Notes: generated from the sequence alone by a model not told the origin. Positions 36,900-46,564 are shown, counted from the first letter of the stretch. The stretch is 64,000 nucleotides of DNA from Brevundimonas sp. (GCF_036659295.1 NZ_JAVXCU010000004.1:16149-80148), one strand, 5' to 3'. A program made the numbers and translations.

Positions 36900-36963
36900 C
36901 GTTGGCACAAAGGTAACAACACCACCGCTAGAGTGGTTTTAAAGTCTCCGAGGAAACATCTGC

Positions 36964-38379
36964 ATGAACCGTGCCCGCCACACCCGCATCGTTGCCACCC
37001 TGGGGCCAGCCAGCCGCTCCCCCGAACAGGTGCTGGCCTTGGCGGAGGCAGGCGTGGATGTATTCCGTCTCAACTTCAGCCACGGCAGCCACGAAGACCA
37101 TGCACAGGCCCTGACGGCGGTACGCAATGCCGAACAGGCCGTAGGTCGTCCCTTGGGTGTTCTAGCCGACCTTCAGGGACCAAAACTGCGTCTGGGGGCC
37201 TTTGCCGAAGGCGCGATTGCCGTTTCTGCCGGTCACAAGATGCGCTTTGACCTGTTGCCGGATGCCGGTGACGCCACGCGGGTCCAGATGCCGCATCCCG
37301 AAATCTTTGCCGCTCTTCGCCCCGGTATGAGCCTGCTGATCGATGATGGCCGCGTGCGTCTCAAGGTGCTGGACGCCACGCCGGACTATGCCGATGTCGA
37401 GGTCATCAGCGGCAGCGGCCTGTCGAACCGCAAGGGCGTAGCGGTTCCCGACTGCATCATCCCTGTCTCGGCCCTGACCCCCAAGGATCGCGACGACCTG
37501 AACTTTGCCCTGCGTCTGGGTGTGGACTGGGTGGCGCTCAGCTTCGTGCAAAAGCCCGAGGACATGGCCGAACTGCGCCGCATCGTCGATGGTCGCGCGG
37601 CCTGTCTGGCCAAGATCGAAAAGCCGCAGGCCCTGCAATCGCTGGAGGCCATCCTCGACTATTGCGACGGCGTGATGGTGGCGCGCGGTGATCTGGGTGT
37701 GGAAATGCATCCCGAGGATGTGCCGGTGGCGCAAAAGCAAATCCTGCGTGCCGCCCGCCAGCGCGGCGTGCCCGCCATTGTTGCCACCCAGATGCTGGAA
37801 TCCATGACCACCGCACCGGCCCCGACGCGGGCCGAGGCGTCCGACGTGGCCAATGCCGTCTATGAAGGGGCCGATGCCCTGATGCTGTCGGCCGAAACGG
37901 CGGCAGGGGACTATCCGCTGGAAAGCGTGCAGATCATGGGGCGCATCATGGAACGCGTCGAGCGCGATCCGATGTGGGCGGGTCTGATGGATGCCGAACA
38001 TGCAGGCATGGAGATCGAGGATGTGGACGCCCTCGTGGCGGCGGCTCGCAAGGCGTCGGATGCCGCCTCGACCGCCTGTATGGTGGTTTACACCACCACC
38101 GGCAGCACGGCGCGGCGCATGTCGCGCGAGCGCCCGCTACAGCCGGTTCTGGCCCTGACACCCAATGTGGATACGGCGCGTCGTCTGGCGCTGGTCTGGG
38201 GTCTGGAGCCGCGTCTGGGGCGTCAGCCTGAATCGCTGGAAGGCCTGACCGACGATGCCGTCGAAGCTGCAATGCAGAACGGTTTTGCCAAGTCCGGCCA
38301 GCGTATCCTGATCCTTGCCGGCACGCCGTTTGGCGCACCGGGCGCGGCCAATCTGCTGCGTTTGGCCAGAGCGGGTTAA
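36964..38379 (+). CDS. pyk: Pyruvate kinase
   Basis: 471 aa. TRIVATLGPAS, FRLNFSHG, MVARGDLGVE and MLESM are canonical motifs. Confidence 0.95.
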   Translation: MNRARHTRIVATLGPASRSPEQVLALAEAGVDVFRLNFSHGSHEDHAQALTAVRNAEQAVGRPLGVLADLQGPKLRLGAFAEGAIAVSAGHKMRFDLLPDAGDATRVQMPHPEIFAALRPGMSLLIDDGRVRLKVLDATPDYADVEVISGSGLSNRKGVAVPDCIIPVSALTPKDRDDLNFALRLGVDWVALSFVQKPEDMAELRRIVDGRAACLAKIEKPQALQSLEAILDYCDGVMVARGDLGVEMHPEDVPVAQKQILRAARQRGVPAIVATQMLESMTTAPAPTRAEASDVANAVYEGADALMLSAETAAGDYPLESVQIMGRIMERVERDPMWAGLMDAEHAGMEIEDVDALVAAARKASDAASTACMVVYTTTGSTARRMSRERPLQPVLALTPNVDTARRLALVWGLEPRLGRQPESLEGLTDDAVEAAMQNGFAKSGQRILILAGTPFGAPGAANLLRLARAG

Positions 38380-38473
38380 AGCGCGGATTGAAGGGCAGGA
38401 TTAAAGGGCGAATGCCCAATTGACCTGTGCCATCGGTTACGCGCTACGATAGCGCCATGAGTCGGTGCGGTGC

Positions 38474-39514
38474 ATGATTAAATATATCGGGTCCAAACGG
38501 GCGCTGCTGGGGCAGGTCGGAAGCGTGGTGCAACGCATCCTGCCTGACGGCGGGCGCGTCTGTGACCTGTTTTCAGGATCGTCCCGTGTCGGCCATTCGC
38601 TGAAAAAGCAGGGCTTTCAGGTCTGGTCCAATGACCACAACGCCTATGCCCATACGCTGGCGACGGCCTATGTGCAGGCCGACCGCGGACGCTGGGCCGA
38701 CAAGGCCGAGACCATTCTGGCGGAACTGCGTGAAATAAAGCCCGAGGCGGGCTGGTTCACGCGCATGTTCTGCGAAGAGGCCCGCTTCTTCCATCCTGAT
38801 AACGGTGCCCGTATCGACGCCATGCGCGAGCATATCGAGCGCATGGACCTCGAGCCGGAACTGAAGGCGGTGGTGCTGGTGGCGCTGATGGAGGCTGCCG
38901 ACCGTGTGGATTCCACGGCGGGGCTACAGATGGCCTATATGAAGCAGTGGGCCCCGCGCGCCCTAAAGCCGTTGCAACTTCGTCTGCCCGATATCCTGCC
39001 CGCGGTGGCCGGTGGGCCATGCATCGCCACCCGCGCCGATGCCGTGGAGATCGCGCCGCGTATCGAGGCCGATCTGGTCTATCTGGACCCGCCCTATAAC
39101 CAGCACTCCTATCTGGCCAACTATCACTGCTGGGAAAGTCTGGTCCTGTGGGACAAGCCGGAAACCTATGGCGTGGCCCGCAAGCGCGTGGATGTGCGCG
39201 AGCGCAAGAGCGACTTCAACTCCAAGCCAAGGATCAGGGCCGCTCTCAAATCGGTCATCGACAATCTGTCGGCCCCCAATCTGGTCGTCAGCTTCAATGA
39301 CGAAGGCTATCTGGATCGCGATGACATGGAAAAACTGCTGGACGGGCACGGCCATGTTCAGGTCATCGAAATACCGAGGCCGCGCTATGTCGGTGCGCGC
39401 ATCGGTATTCATAATCTGAAGGGCGAGAAAGTCGGTGCCGTTGGCCGACTTCGCAATGTCGAGCGCCTGTTTGTGGCGACAGCAAAGCCAGTAGATATTT
39501 CGGGTATTGTGTAA
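38474..39514 (+). CDS. D12-class (Dam-family) N6-adenine DNA methyltransferase
   Basis: MIKYIGSKRALL (K-Y/W-x-G-x-K), DLFSGSS (FxGxG) and VYLDPPY (DPPY), in alpha-class order. About 346 aa. Confidence 0.85.
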   Translation: MIKYIGSKRALLGQVGSVVQRILPDGGRVCDLFSGSSRVGHSLKKQGFQVWSNDHNAYAHTLATAYVQADRGRWADKAETILAELREIKPEAGWFTRMFCEEARFFHPDNGARIDAMREHIERMDLEPELKAVVLVALMEAADRVDSTAGLQMAYMKQWAPRALKPLQLRLPDILPAVAGGPCIATRADAVEIAPRIEADLVYLDPPYNQHSYLANYHCWESLVLWDKPETYGVARKRVDVRERKSDFNSKPRIRAALKSVIDNLSAPNLVVSFNDEGYLDRDDMEKLLDGHGHVQVIEIPRPRYVGARIGIHNLKGEKVGAVGRLRNVERLFVATAKPVDISGIV

Positions 39515-39546
39515 AATATTACAGCCACGCTATTTTGACTTAAGTA

Positions 39547-39915
39547 TTGATAGCGTTACCGTTTGGAACGGGTCTGTCGTGTGATCGTTACAGCCGCATG
39601 ACACTCCCAGTATCCCATATTGGCCCGGTCAGCGAAGCACGCGCACGACGAGCCAGCAAAGCGTATCATATGACCGAGCGGCTAGGCCGGTCTCCGCGCT
39701 ATTCGAGCGAATGGCGGCAACTGTGCCGCGCCGACAGAACCCGCCAGTCCCTGTACGCGTTTCAGGACATTTTCGAAGAAGACGACGCCGAAAACGACGT
39801 CATAGAGCGCGGTGTTGTCAAACCGCAAGACGACAAGGTGCGCAGCGCCTATTTCATCTGTGCCGTCGCGGTCGGGACCCTGTGCCTGCTTCTGGGTGCC
39901 TTTTTCGTTACCTAG
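39547..39915 (+). CDS. Hypothetical tail-anchored small protein (weak call)
   Basis: Track ORF with a TTG start; internal ATGs are also possible. It has an acidic middle and a C-terminal TM ([20 protein letters not shown]). It is convergent with rnhB. Confidence 0.3.
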   Translation: MIALPFGTGLSCDRYSRMTLPVSHIGPVSEARARRASKAYHMTERLGRSPRYSSEWRQLCRADRTRQSLYAFQDIFEEDDAENDVIERGVVKPQDDKVRSAYFICAVAVGTLCLLLGAFFVT

Positions 39916-40571
39916 CCCGCATTCGCCAGCAAGGCGCGGATCGGCGCATAGCTTGATCTGTGATGCTGGCACGGCCCGTGTTCGGCCAGCGCCGCACGGT
40001 GTGCCGCCGAGCCATAGCCCTTGTGGCGGGCAAAGCCATAATGCGGATACTGTCCGTCCAGTTCGACCAGCAGATGATCGCGCGTGGTCTTGGCCAGAAT
40101 AGACGCCGCCGCCACCGACAGCGACAGTCCGTCACCGCCCACCGCCGTATCGACACGGCAGGGCAGTTTGAACTTGTAGTTGCCGTCAATCAGCGCCCCG
40201 ACCGGCTGTATCGCCAGCGCCGCCACCGCCCGCTGCATGGCCAGCTCTGTCGCGCGCAGGATGTTGATTGTGTCGATTTCCTCGACCGAGGCGTGACCGA
40301 TGCCCCAGGCCAGAGCCTTCTCCTTGATGACCGGCATCAGCGCCTCGCGCCGTTTTTCGGTAAGGGCCTTACTGTCATTCAGCCCCGCCGGAATGTCGTC
40401 GGGGTTCAAGATTACTGCAGCAGCCGTCACCGGCCCCGCCCATGGCCCGCGTCCGGCTTCGTCCACCCCGCACACATAGCCCTTCCACATCGCTGCCAGA
40501 TGGTCTTCGAGCTCCATCGTCAACGGCGGTTTGATGATCTTGATGCGTTTGGGCTTAAGGGCGTCGGTCAT
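39912..40571 (-). CDS. rnhB: Ribonuclease HII
   Basis: Track ORF trimmed to ATG 40571. [16 protein letters not shown] (DEAGRG) and DSKALT are hallmarks. Confidence 0.9.
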   Translation of the reverse strand: MTDALKPKRIKIIKPPLTMELEDHLAAMWKGYVCGVDEAGRGPWAGPVTAAAVILNPDDIPAGLNDSKALTEKRREALMPVIKEKALAWGIGHASVEEIDTINILRATELAMQRAVAALAIQPVGALIDGNYKFKLPCRVDTAVGGDGLSLSVAAASILAKTTRDHLLVELDGQYPHYGFARHKGYGSAAHRAALAEHGPCQHHRSSYAPIRALLANAG

Positions 40572-40609
40572 GGGGCGGGTATGGACCGAACTGCTCCATA
40601 GCGAAAGCG

Positions 40610-41059
40610 TCAGGACGGCTGGCGCGCCCACAGGCGGGCAAACACATGCCGATAGTGCCAGACCAGAACCAGATACCAGACCGGCCAGATCGTGCCCCAC
40701 ACATACTTGCCCGTCAAAAACCAGTGGAAGCAGGCAATCACCAGCACAGAGGGGCCAAGGATGATCAATCCGACAGGCGCGGTCCGGTCAAACAGGACCG
40801 CCACACCCGCCACCAGGAAACTGGCGATAAGCAGCGGCGTCATGAACCCCGTTGCATCAAGCGCCAGTGTGAAATGTGCCGCCGCCGCGACACTTTCCGG
40901 CGGATGGTTGCCACCGAATTTCACCATCACCATCACTGTGGCCAGCAAGAAGTATAGCCCGAACAGGACCCTGACCGCCGACCATGCGATGCCTTGATAC
41001 CTCATCCACAAACGCTGAACCCCATGACAGGGAAATGCAATATAATTACGTTCGCTCAA
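40610..41059 (-). CDS. Hypothetical 4-TM membrane protein
   Basis: 149-aa hydrophobic ORF upstream of rnhB on the same strand. Confidence 0.5.
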   Translation of the reverse strand: MSERNYIAFPCHGVQRLWMRYQGIAWSAVRVLFGLYFLLATVMVMVKFGGNHPPESVAAAAHFTLALDATGFMTPLLIASFLVAGVAVLFDRTAPVGLIILGPSVLVIACFHWFLTGKYVWGTIWPVWYLVLVWHYRHVFARLWARQPS

Positions 41060-41161
41060 GTTTGCCGGTGTCGGCAGTTTGTATCAGACTGGAGGCAACG
41101 GCCTCCTTAGCGGAGACGCTATCCGTCCGATAAGGGTGGGATGGGGACATCCTTGTTCGCT

Positions 41162-42208
41162 TCACGGTTCGACTGAGATCGCCAAAACACTGTACCGAAC
41201 AGAAGAATCGGAACTCGAACAACAGGCTGATTGGACAAAAACTACCCCGTCCACTGGATCAGAAATCTGTAGACCTGACCAAGGTTTCAGAGGGGGCATT
41301 TCACTCATGGTCACCGTCGCTCCTCGCGCACGGGCGTAACGTTCACGACCCACAGCAATCCAGCCGTCATGAGTCTCGATCAAGCCGGAGAAAGGCCAAG
41401 TCTGACCGGGGCGATTGACTATCGAGTTTGGCAATACCGGCAGCGGATCGCTGAAAACCGATGTGATCCGGTCGGTGCAAACTCTCATGACTTCGCCGTA
41501 CCGCCCGGTGAGATGAGCTAGGCTTGCCCCGACCAACACACAGTTAGCGTTCATAGTGTCCCTGATAATGCCGACGATTGGCGCACAGGAAGGGTTCAAC
41601 CGTCCACGGCACGGGTCGTCACTAGCCTCTTTCACGAATGAAACTGTTCCGGTGGGCACATGGATGCGAAGCAATCCGCCGCCCCATTCACCCTTGTTGT
41701 AACCGATAAACAAATCGTCTCCCGTCAGCGCCGATACATGCGCGTAGGGTTCCAGTGATGCCGCTGGGGGCCGTCGGTTGAAGCCTTGGTCTGACGGAAG
41801 CAGAACCATTGTTGTTGTCAGCACACCAGGACCGTTTGGTGTCGCGAACAAGGAGATAGGACTTCCTTCGAAATAGACGCGGCGTTCGTGCAGACTTGCG
41901 TTCAGAAGATCTCGCACCACGCTTTCGTTCTCGTTCAGCACTACAAGCGCCCACAAATGCGGGCCATCGGCCAAAAGATCGATGACGTCGGTCGCGACGA
42001 TCGTCCGATCTTCGGTTCGCCTGTCAAAACGCACAACTTTTCTAGACTTCCCTCGAAGCCATATGTTTTCGCCCTTACCGACACCCTCGAGGATGGCTCC
42101 TCCGAGGTCAGGATCCGTCCAGTCGTGAGGGGAGACCATTCTGGTCTGAGCAATTGCTTGGCCGCTGATTGTAAGAATCAACATCGCCGTAAAGATTATG
42201 ATCCGCAT
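41162..42208 (-). CDS. Hypothetical secreted protein in a low-GC patch
   Basis: Track ORF 41162..42217, with a likely start at MRIIIFTAMLILTISGQAIAQ. It appears lower in GC than its neighbours by eye. I recognise no family. Confidence 0.5.
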   Translation of the reverse strand: MRIIIFTAMLILTISGQAIAQTRMVSPHDWTDPDLGGAILEGVGKGENIWLRGKSRKVVRFDRRTEDRTIVATDVIDLLADGPHLWALVVLNENESVVRDLLNASLHERRVYFEGSPISLFATPNGPGVLTTTMVLLPSDQGFNRRPPAASLEPYAHVSALTGDDLFIGYNKGEWGGGLLRIHVPTGTVSFVKEASDDPCRGRLNPSCAPIVGIIRDTMNANCVLVGASLAHLTGRYGEVMRVCTDRITSVFSDPLPVLPNSIVNRPGQTWPFSGLIETHDGWIAVGRERYARARGATVTMSEMPPLKPWSGLQISDPVDGVVFVQSACCSSSDSSVRYSVLAISVEP

Positions 42209-42317
42209 GGCGCACACCCTGTCTAAAAACCATTGATACTTCTATAGCGATTGCAAGGTTGTCTTTGGATCGAAAGCAGCCAATCCATTCAGCGGGCACC
42301 GGATCTCAGCGGGATGC

Positions 42318-42908
42318 TCAAGCCCCGCCGGTTTCCTTGTGCCGGAAACAGGTCGTCTGGTGATCGTTCACCATGCCGACGGCCTGCATGAAGGCGTAAA
42401 CAATCACTGGCCCGACGAATTTGAAGCCGCGTTTCTTCAAGGCTTTGGACAGGGCCTGACTTTGTTCGGTCTGGGTAGGTGCCTCGCGGAAATGGGCCCA
42501 TTGGTTCTGGAGCGGTGAGCCACCGACGAAGGACCAGATCCACGCGCTGAAATCCTCGCCGCTGTCGCGCATCTGGATGAACAGGCGGGCGCTCTCGATG
42601 GTGGCGACGATCTTGGCGCGCGAGCGGATAATGCGGGCATCGCCCAGCAGGCGCTCGATGTCCGCATCCGTATAGGCGGCGATCTTGTCGGGATCGAACC
42701 CGTCAAAAGCATCGCGGATACCGTCGCGTTTGCGCAAGATGGTGATCCAGGCCAGCCCCGCCTGCATCCCGTCCAACACCAGCTTTTCCCACAGGGCGCG
42801 GGCGTCATATTCAGGCACGCCCCATTCGGTGTCGTGATAGGCGACATACAGGGCATCTGTTGTGCCGCACCAGCCGCAACGGCCTTCGGCTTTTTCGGAT
42901 TCGGTCAT
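42318..42908 (-). CDS. tag: DNA-3-methyladenine glycosylase I
   Basis: 196 aa. CGWCGTTDALYVAYHDTEWGVP and the following helix-hairpin-helix region are typical of Tag. Confidence 0.9.
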   Translation of the reverse strand: MTESEKAEGRCGWCGTTDALYVAYHDTEWGVPEYDARALWEKLVLDGMQAGLAWITILRKRDGIRDAFDGFDPDKIAAYTDADIERLLGDARIIRSRAKIVATIESARLFIQMRDSGEDFSAWIWSFVGGSPLQNQWAHFREAPTQTEQSQALSKALKKRGFKFVGPVIVYAFMQAVGMVNDHQTTCFRHKETGGA

Positions 42909-42944
42909 GTGAAGATGTTGCTCAAATGTTCTGATCAGGCAAGT

Positions 42945-42975
42945 AAAAAGACCCGCTGTTTACAGCGGGCCTTTT
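42945..42975 (-). terminator. Terminator hairpin between the TraB/GumN gene and tag
   Basis: CCCGCTG-TTTA-CAGCGGG. The minus strand is followed by TCTTTTT. Confidence 0.6.
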
Positions 42976-42995
42976 GTTGGTTTCGTAACGGATCC

Positions 42996-43955
42996 TTACA
43001 GGCGCTCGACCGTAAAGCCCTTGGCCTTCAGCATGTCGATCACATTGTCATTGTCCATCAGGTGCGCGGCCCCTACGGCGATAAAGGCGGTGCCGGAACC
43101 AGTCATCATTTCCTCGATCTGCTGAACCCAGTTCGTATTGCGCACGATCAGAGCGGCGTTGTGCACATCGGCATGGACATCGCCGGTGTTTAGACGTGTC
43201 AGGCGACCGACCTCGGCCGCATCACCCTTGATCCATGCGGCGACCGTCTGATCCAGATTATCAACGATGCCGTCGGCATTACGGACATAGTGGTTCAGAT
43301 AGGCGACCTGACCTTCCTCGCTCATGCCGGCGATCAGGCGCAGTTGAAGGTCGATGGTTTCAAACCCGCGCAGGGTCTTGCCGGAGGCACGGGCGCGGTC
43401 CATCAGCGTCTTGTCCACACCGGCATCGGGGCGGTATCCGGCCTGCAACGGCCCGTTCATCGACACCGCAAAGGCCGCCATCCACGGACGATAGGCATCC
43501 AGTGCCGCGCCGCTGGCCCCGTTGGCCTTGGCCAGCGCGTCAAACGCGGCAAAGTCTGCGGCGCTCAGGACGGTGGACAGAGGACGTGACTGGTCCATGC
43601 CCAGTTGCTGGATCACCGGCATGACGGCGGACTGGTCGTCCTGATTGGCGATCTCGACCCAGATTTCCGATGCGCTGTCAAAGGCGGCATCCACCTTGGC
43701 CGAACCCCATGCCGTGCCGGGGCGCAACACGTGGATGGTGCCGTACAGATAGACGGTCGAGTCCGCATCGCGCAGCACCCATAGCGGCGGGCCTGAGCCT
43801 TCAGCGCGCGCTATCGGAGCGGGGGCGGCGACCTCTTCGGCCTTGGCCGACGGGGCGATCAGGATGGCGGTGCTGACGGCGAGGGCACCCAGCATGCCGA
43901 AGGCGAAACGCGAGACACAGTTGGCCGATTGGCCCATGCGGTTGGCGAGGGTCAT
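42996..43955 (-). CDS. TraB/GumN family protein (secreted)
   Basis: 319 aa. LWVLRDADSTVYLYGTIHVL (GTxH) and FIAVGAAHL are present, with a signal peptide. Confidence 0.8.
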   Translation of the reverse strand: MTLANRMGQSANCVSRFAFGMLGALAVSTAILIAPSAKAEEVAAPAPIARAEGSGPPLWVLRDADSTVYLYGTIHVLRPGTAWGSAKVDAAFDSASEIWVEIANQDDQSAVMPVIQQLGMDQSRPLSTVLSAADFAAFDALAKANGASGAALDAYRPWMAAFAVSMNGPLQAGYRPDAGVDKTLMDRARASGKTLRGFETIDLQLRLIAGMSEEGQVAYLNHYVRNADGIVDNLDQTVAAWIKGDAAEVGRLTRLNTGDVHADVHNAALIVRNTNWVQQIEEMMTGSGTAFIAVGAAHLMDNDNVIDMLKAKGFTVERL

Positions 43956-44056
43956 TGCATATTTTCCGTATTTTGAAGGGATGTTGAGGGGCCGCGAGAT
44001 GCGCAGCGAAGGGGTGGCCTAAGGGGCCGAAGTCTTGAGCTGTGGGGGGGGCGGGC

Positions 44057-44161
44057 TTAGCCCAGCAGTACCTTGGCCATCAGGCCGATCAGCAAACCAC
44101 CGGACAGGCCCATGCCCAGGCTGGAGACGATGTGAACGGCGTTGGTTGCGATTTTAAACAT
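44057..44161 (-). CDS. Candidate 34-aa hydrophobic micropeptide
   Basis: Below the ORF-track length cutoff. ATG 44161 lies 8 nt after AAGGA. It reads MFKIATNAVHIVSSLGMGLSGGLLIGLMAKVLLG and sits 41 nt downstream of the XRE gene on the same strand. Confidence 0.35.
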   Translation of the reverse strand: MFKIATNAVHIVSSLGMGLSGGLLIGLMAKVLLG

Positions 44162-44202
44162 GAGGATAGTCCTTTCAGGATTTGGAATTCAGGTTTCAAG
44201 AT

Positions 44203-44403
44203 TCAGGCGACGAAGATGGCTTCGATCGGTTGGTTCAGCAGACGCGAGATACGAAAGGCGAGGGGCAGGGACGGGTCATAGCGACCCTTTTCCAGTGCCT
44301 GGATGGTTTGGCGGCTGACGCCCAACTGGTCGGCCAGATCGGTCTGGGTCCAGTTGCGCTCGGCGCGAAAAACTTTGAGACGGTTGGTAAACTCGCTGGT
44401 CAT
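44203..44403 (-). CDS. XRE-family HTH transcriptional regulator (about 66 aa)
   Basis: LKVFRAERNWTQTDLADQLGVSRQTIQALEKGRYDPSLPLAFRISRLL. ATG 44403 overlaps the upstream stop (ATGA). Confidence 0.8.
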   Translation of the reverse strand: MTSEFTNRLKVFRAERNWTQTDLADQLGVSRQTIQALEKGRYDPSLPLAFRISRLLNQPIEAIFVA

Positions 44404-44849
44404 TGGCGGGCGATCCACCATCCGCACCATGCGATGCCGTAACCGATGGCCTGTGCCGCAAAGGCAGCGATGAAACCGGCGGCGATCAGGGCGACATCCG
44501 TGTGGGGGATGCGGGCAGGCAGCAGATCAACACCGGCCAGAGCGGCCCCGAGGAAACCTGCGGCCCCGACGATAAAGCCGATATTGCCGCCCCACCACCA
44601 CGCCCACTTGTGGGCTTCGCGCGCGGCCTCATCCAGATCGCGCCACCAGTAATAGGTGTTCAGGGCAAGGAAAACGGCCAGACCGGCGGCCAGAACAACG
44701 ACGCCGACCGACGGCGCGTGACCCATTTGCTGGGGCCAGAAAGGCATGGCGGCGGTGGCGCTGGCCCCCACCACGGTCAGGGTGCAAAGCCCGACCGTCA
44801 GGGCATCCATGTGGTTTTTAGCGGCGGCGGTTTTGGTTTCGATGTTCAT
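44400..44849 (-). CDS. Hypothetical 4-TM membrane protein coupled to the XRE regulator
   Basis: 149-aa hydrophobic ORF, translationally coupled to the downstream HTH gene. Confidence 0.55.
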   Translation of the reverse strand: MNIETKTAAAKNHMDALTVGLCTLTVVGASATAAMPFWPQQMGHAPSVGVVVLAAGLAVFLALNTYYWWRDLDEAAREAHKWAWWWGGNIGFIVGAAGFLGAALAGVDLLPARIPHTDVALIAAGFIAAFAAQAIGYGIAWCGWWIARQ

Positions 44850-44962
44850 GACAAGCCTCCCTGTCTTGTTGACAAGTAAGCTTTACTCGCATGGGCGAGT
44901 TTATGTCAAGCGTCATTTACAACGCGATAAGCGAGCTTTCCAATTTGTAATGTTTCCTATCA

Positions 44963-45134
44963 TTCCGTCATCCTCCGACAAGCCGCATAGCGGCGCAGAT
45001 CGGTGGACCCAGCGGCGCGCGATAGCGCGACCCGAAGCGCGGCGCATAGCAGCCAATGGGGCGGGGTAATGCGGATGCCGTAAAGATCACCTGCGGTGCC
45101 GCTTGGTTCCCTGATCAAGTCGGGGAATGACGAA
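44963..45134. repeat. MITE-like intergenic element containing 38-bp repeat copy 2
   Basis: Imperfect terminal inverted repeats: TTCCGTCATCCTCCGAC (44963-44979) and GTCGGGGAATGACGAA (45119-45134). The 38-bp core at 44966-45003 is identical to 16334-16371. Confidence 0.5.
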
Positions 45135-45143
45135 GCAGAGGCC

Positions 45144-45935
45144 TTAGCCCTCGAACGCAGGCACCCAGTCGGGATGGCGTACAACCACCACACGGCCATC
45201 CACCTTCAGTTCGCCATCCATGCGGTCCAGCCGCATCAGGGCCATACCCTGCTGGCCCAGCACACCCGTCACCTCGCCTGCACGGCGCTCGCCGTTCAGA
45301 ACCTCGGTGCCAATCGCGGGCGCTTCGCCTTCAAAGGTGAAGGGCAGGATGCGGTTCTTGATCGTGCCACGGCGTTTCATGCGCGATGTGGTTTCCTGAC
45401 CGATGAAGCACCCCTTGTGGAAGTCGATGCCGTTCATCAGGTCGAAATTGGCCTCGATGGGATAGGTCTTGTCCTGCGGCGTATCCAGCGCCGCCTCGGC
45501 CACGCCCATGCTCATGCGGTGCGCGTGCCAGTCGTCTTCCGATGCCGTGGTTTCGCCGGCAAAACCGATGGCGCGATAGCCCAGACTTTCAAGGCGGGGA
45601 TCGGCAACAAAACCTTCCGGCTGCTCGCCCCATGCCACAAACACAGCATCGTCCGTGGCGCTGATCGTCACATTCAGACGCAGCTTGTACATGGACAGTC
45701 GCTGGACCAGCGCCTCACGCGCCGCCACCGGCACATCCAGCCACAGGGCGTCGTTGCGCGCCCACACCATCACATCCACCATCAGCCGCCCTTGCGGTGT
45801 CAGCAGCACCCCGAAGCGCAACTCGCCATCCCCAATCGTCTCGACATTCTGCGTCAGCAGATTGTGCAGGAAGTGACGGGCATCGGGGCCTTCGATGCGG
45901 ATAACGGCGCGGCTGTGCAAACGGGCGATGGACAT
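45144..45935 (-). CDS. ygfZ: Folate-binding Fe-S cluster repair / tRNA-modification protein YgfZ
   Basis: 263 aa. It has RIEGPDARHFLHNLLTQN and the KGCFIGQE motif. Confidence 0.8.
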   Translation of the reverse strand: MSIARLHSRAVIRIEGPDARHFLHNLLTQNVETIGDGELRFGVLLTPQGRLMVDVMVWARNDALWLDVPVAAREALVQRLSMYKLRLNVTISATDDAVFVAWGEQPEGFVADPRLESLGYRAIGFAGETTASEDDWHAHRMSMGVAEAALDTPQDKTYPIEANFDLMNGIDFHKGCFIGQETTSRMKRRGTIKNRILPFTFEGEAPAIGTEVLNGERRAGEVTGVLGQQGMALMRLDRMDGELKVDGRVVVVRHPDWVPAFEG

Positions 45936-45962
45936 GGCGTTCAGATAGGAAGGCTTGACCGT

Positions 45963-46508
45963 TTATGCCACCGCATATCGTGCGGTCACGCCATCGGGTT
46001 CGAATGGGCCCTCTGCAAGCTTGTCCAGCGCGGCCAGCAACCGTTCGACAAAATCGGCCATGTCGCCTTCCTCGATAGCAGGGCGCAGCCAGTCGGTAAC
46101 GATGGATCGCACCGGATAGAAACCTTCCGGACCCGGCACCGACAGGGCGATCTGGATGTCCTCGGCAATCCATTGCGCCACGGTGACAAAGAAGTCCTCG
46201 CTGGCCAGAAACTCGCTAGGGCGCACCACATAAAGGGTGATCTCGCCGCGCTCGATGCCATCGGGGCGTACGATCACGCCGCTATGGTCGGGCCGCCAAT
46301 CCTCTGACAACTCTACCGCCCGCCACAGACAGAACCACACACGGCAGGTCTGGGGCCGGATCGCATGCACCGCACAGCCCGATCCATCCACGCAGTAATT
46401 ACACAACTGCCCCGTCGGCTTGGCCAGTTCCGGCAGGTCCAGCGGGATATAACGGCAGCACTCGACACAGCCACCGCAATCGCGGTCAGGAAGCAGGGGT
46501 AGGGACAT
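45963..46508 (-). CDS. YkgJ-family cysteine-cluster protein
   Basis: CGGCVECC ... C-x2-C ... CRVWFC, the pattern of UPF0153/CxxCxxCC proteins. Confidence 0.7.
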   Translation of the reverse strand: MSLPLLPDRDCGGCVECCRYIPLDLPELAKPTGQLCNYCVDGSGCAVHAIRPQTCRVWFCLWRAVELSEDWRPDHSGVIVRPDGIERGEITLYVVRPSEFLASEDFFVTVAQWIAEDIQIALSVPGPEGFYPVRSIVTDWLRPAIEEGDMADFVERLLAALDKLAEGPFEPDGVTARYAVA

Positions 46509-46564
46509 TGTGATTTTTCGGAATTAGGTCAGTTTAGTCGCCACTAAGCATAGTTCTGGGCCAT

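Noticed and set aside
44044-44051. G8 homopolymer tracts (also 19648-19655, and G7 at 16370-16376) as possible phase-variation switches.
   Set aside because: All are intergenic and downstream of genes rather than in promoters or 5' coding regions. There is no evidence of length variation from a single sequence.
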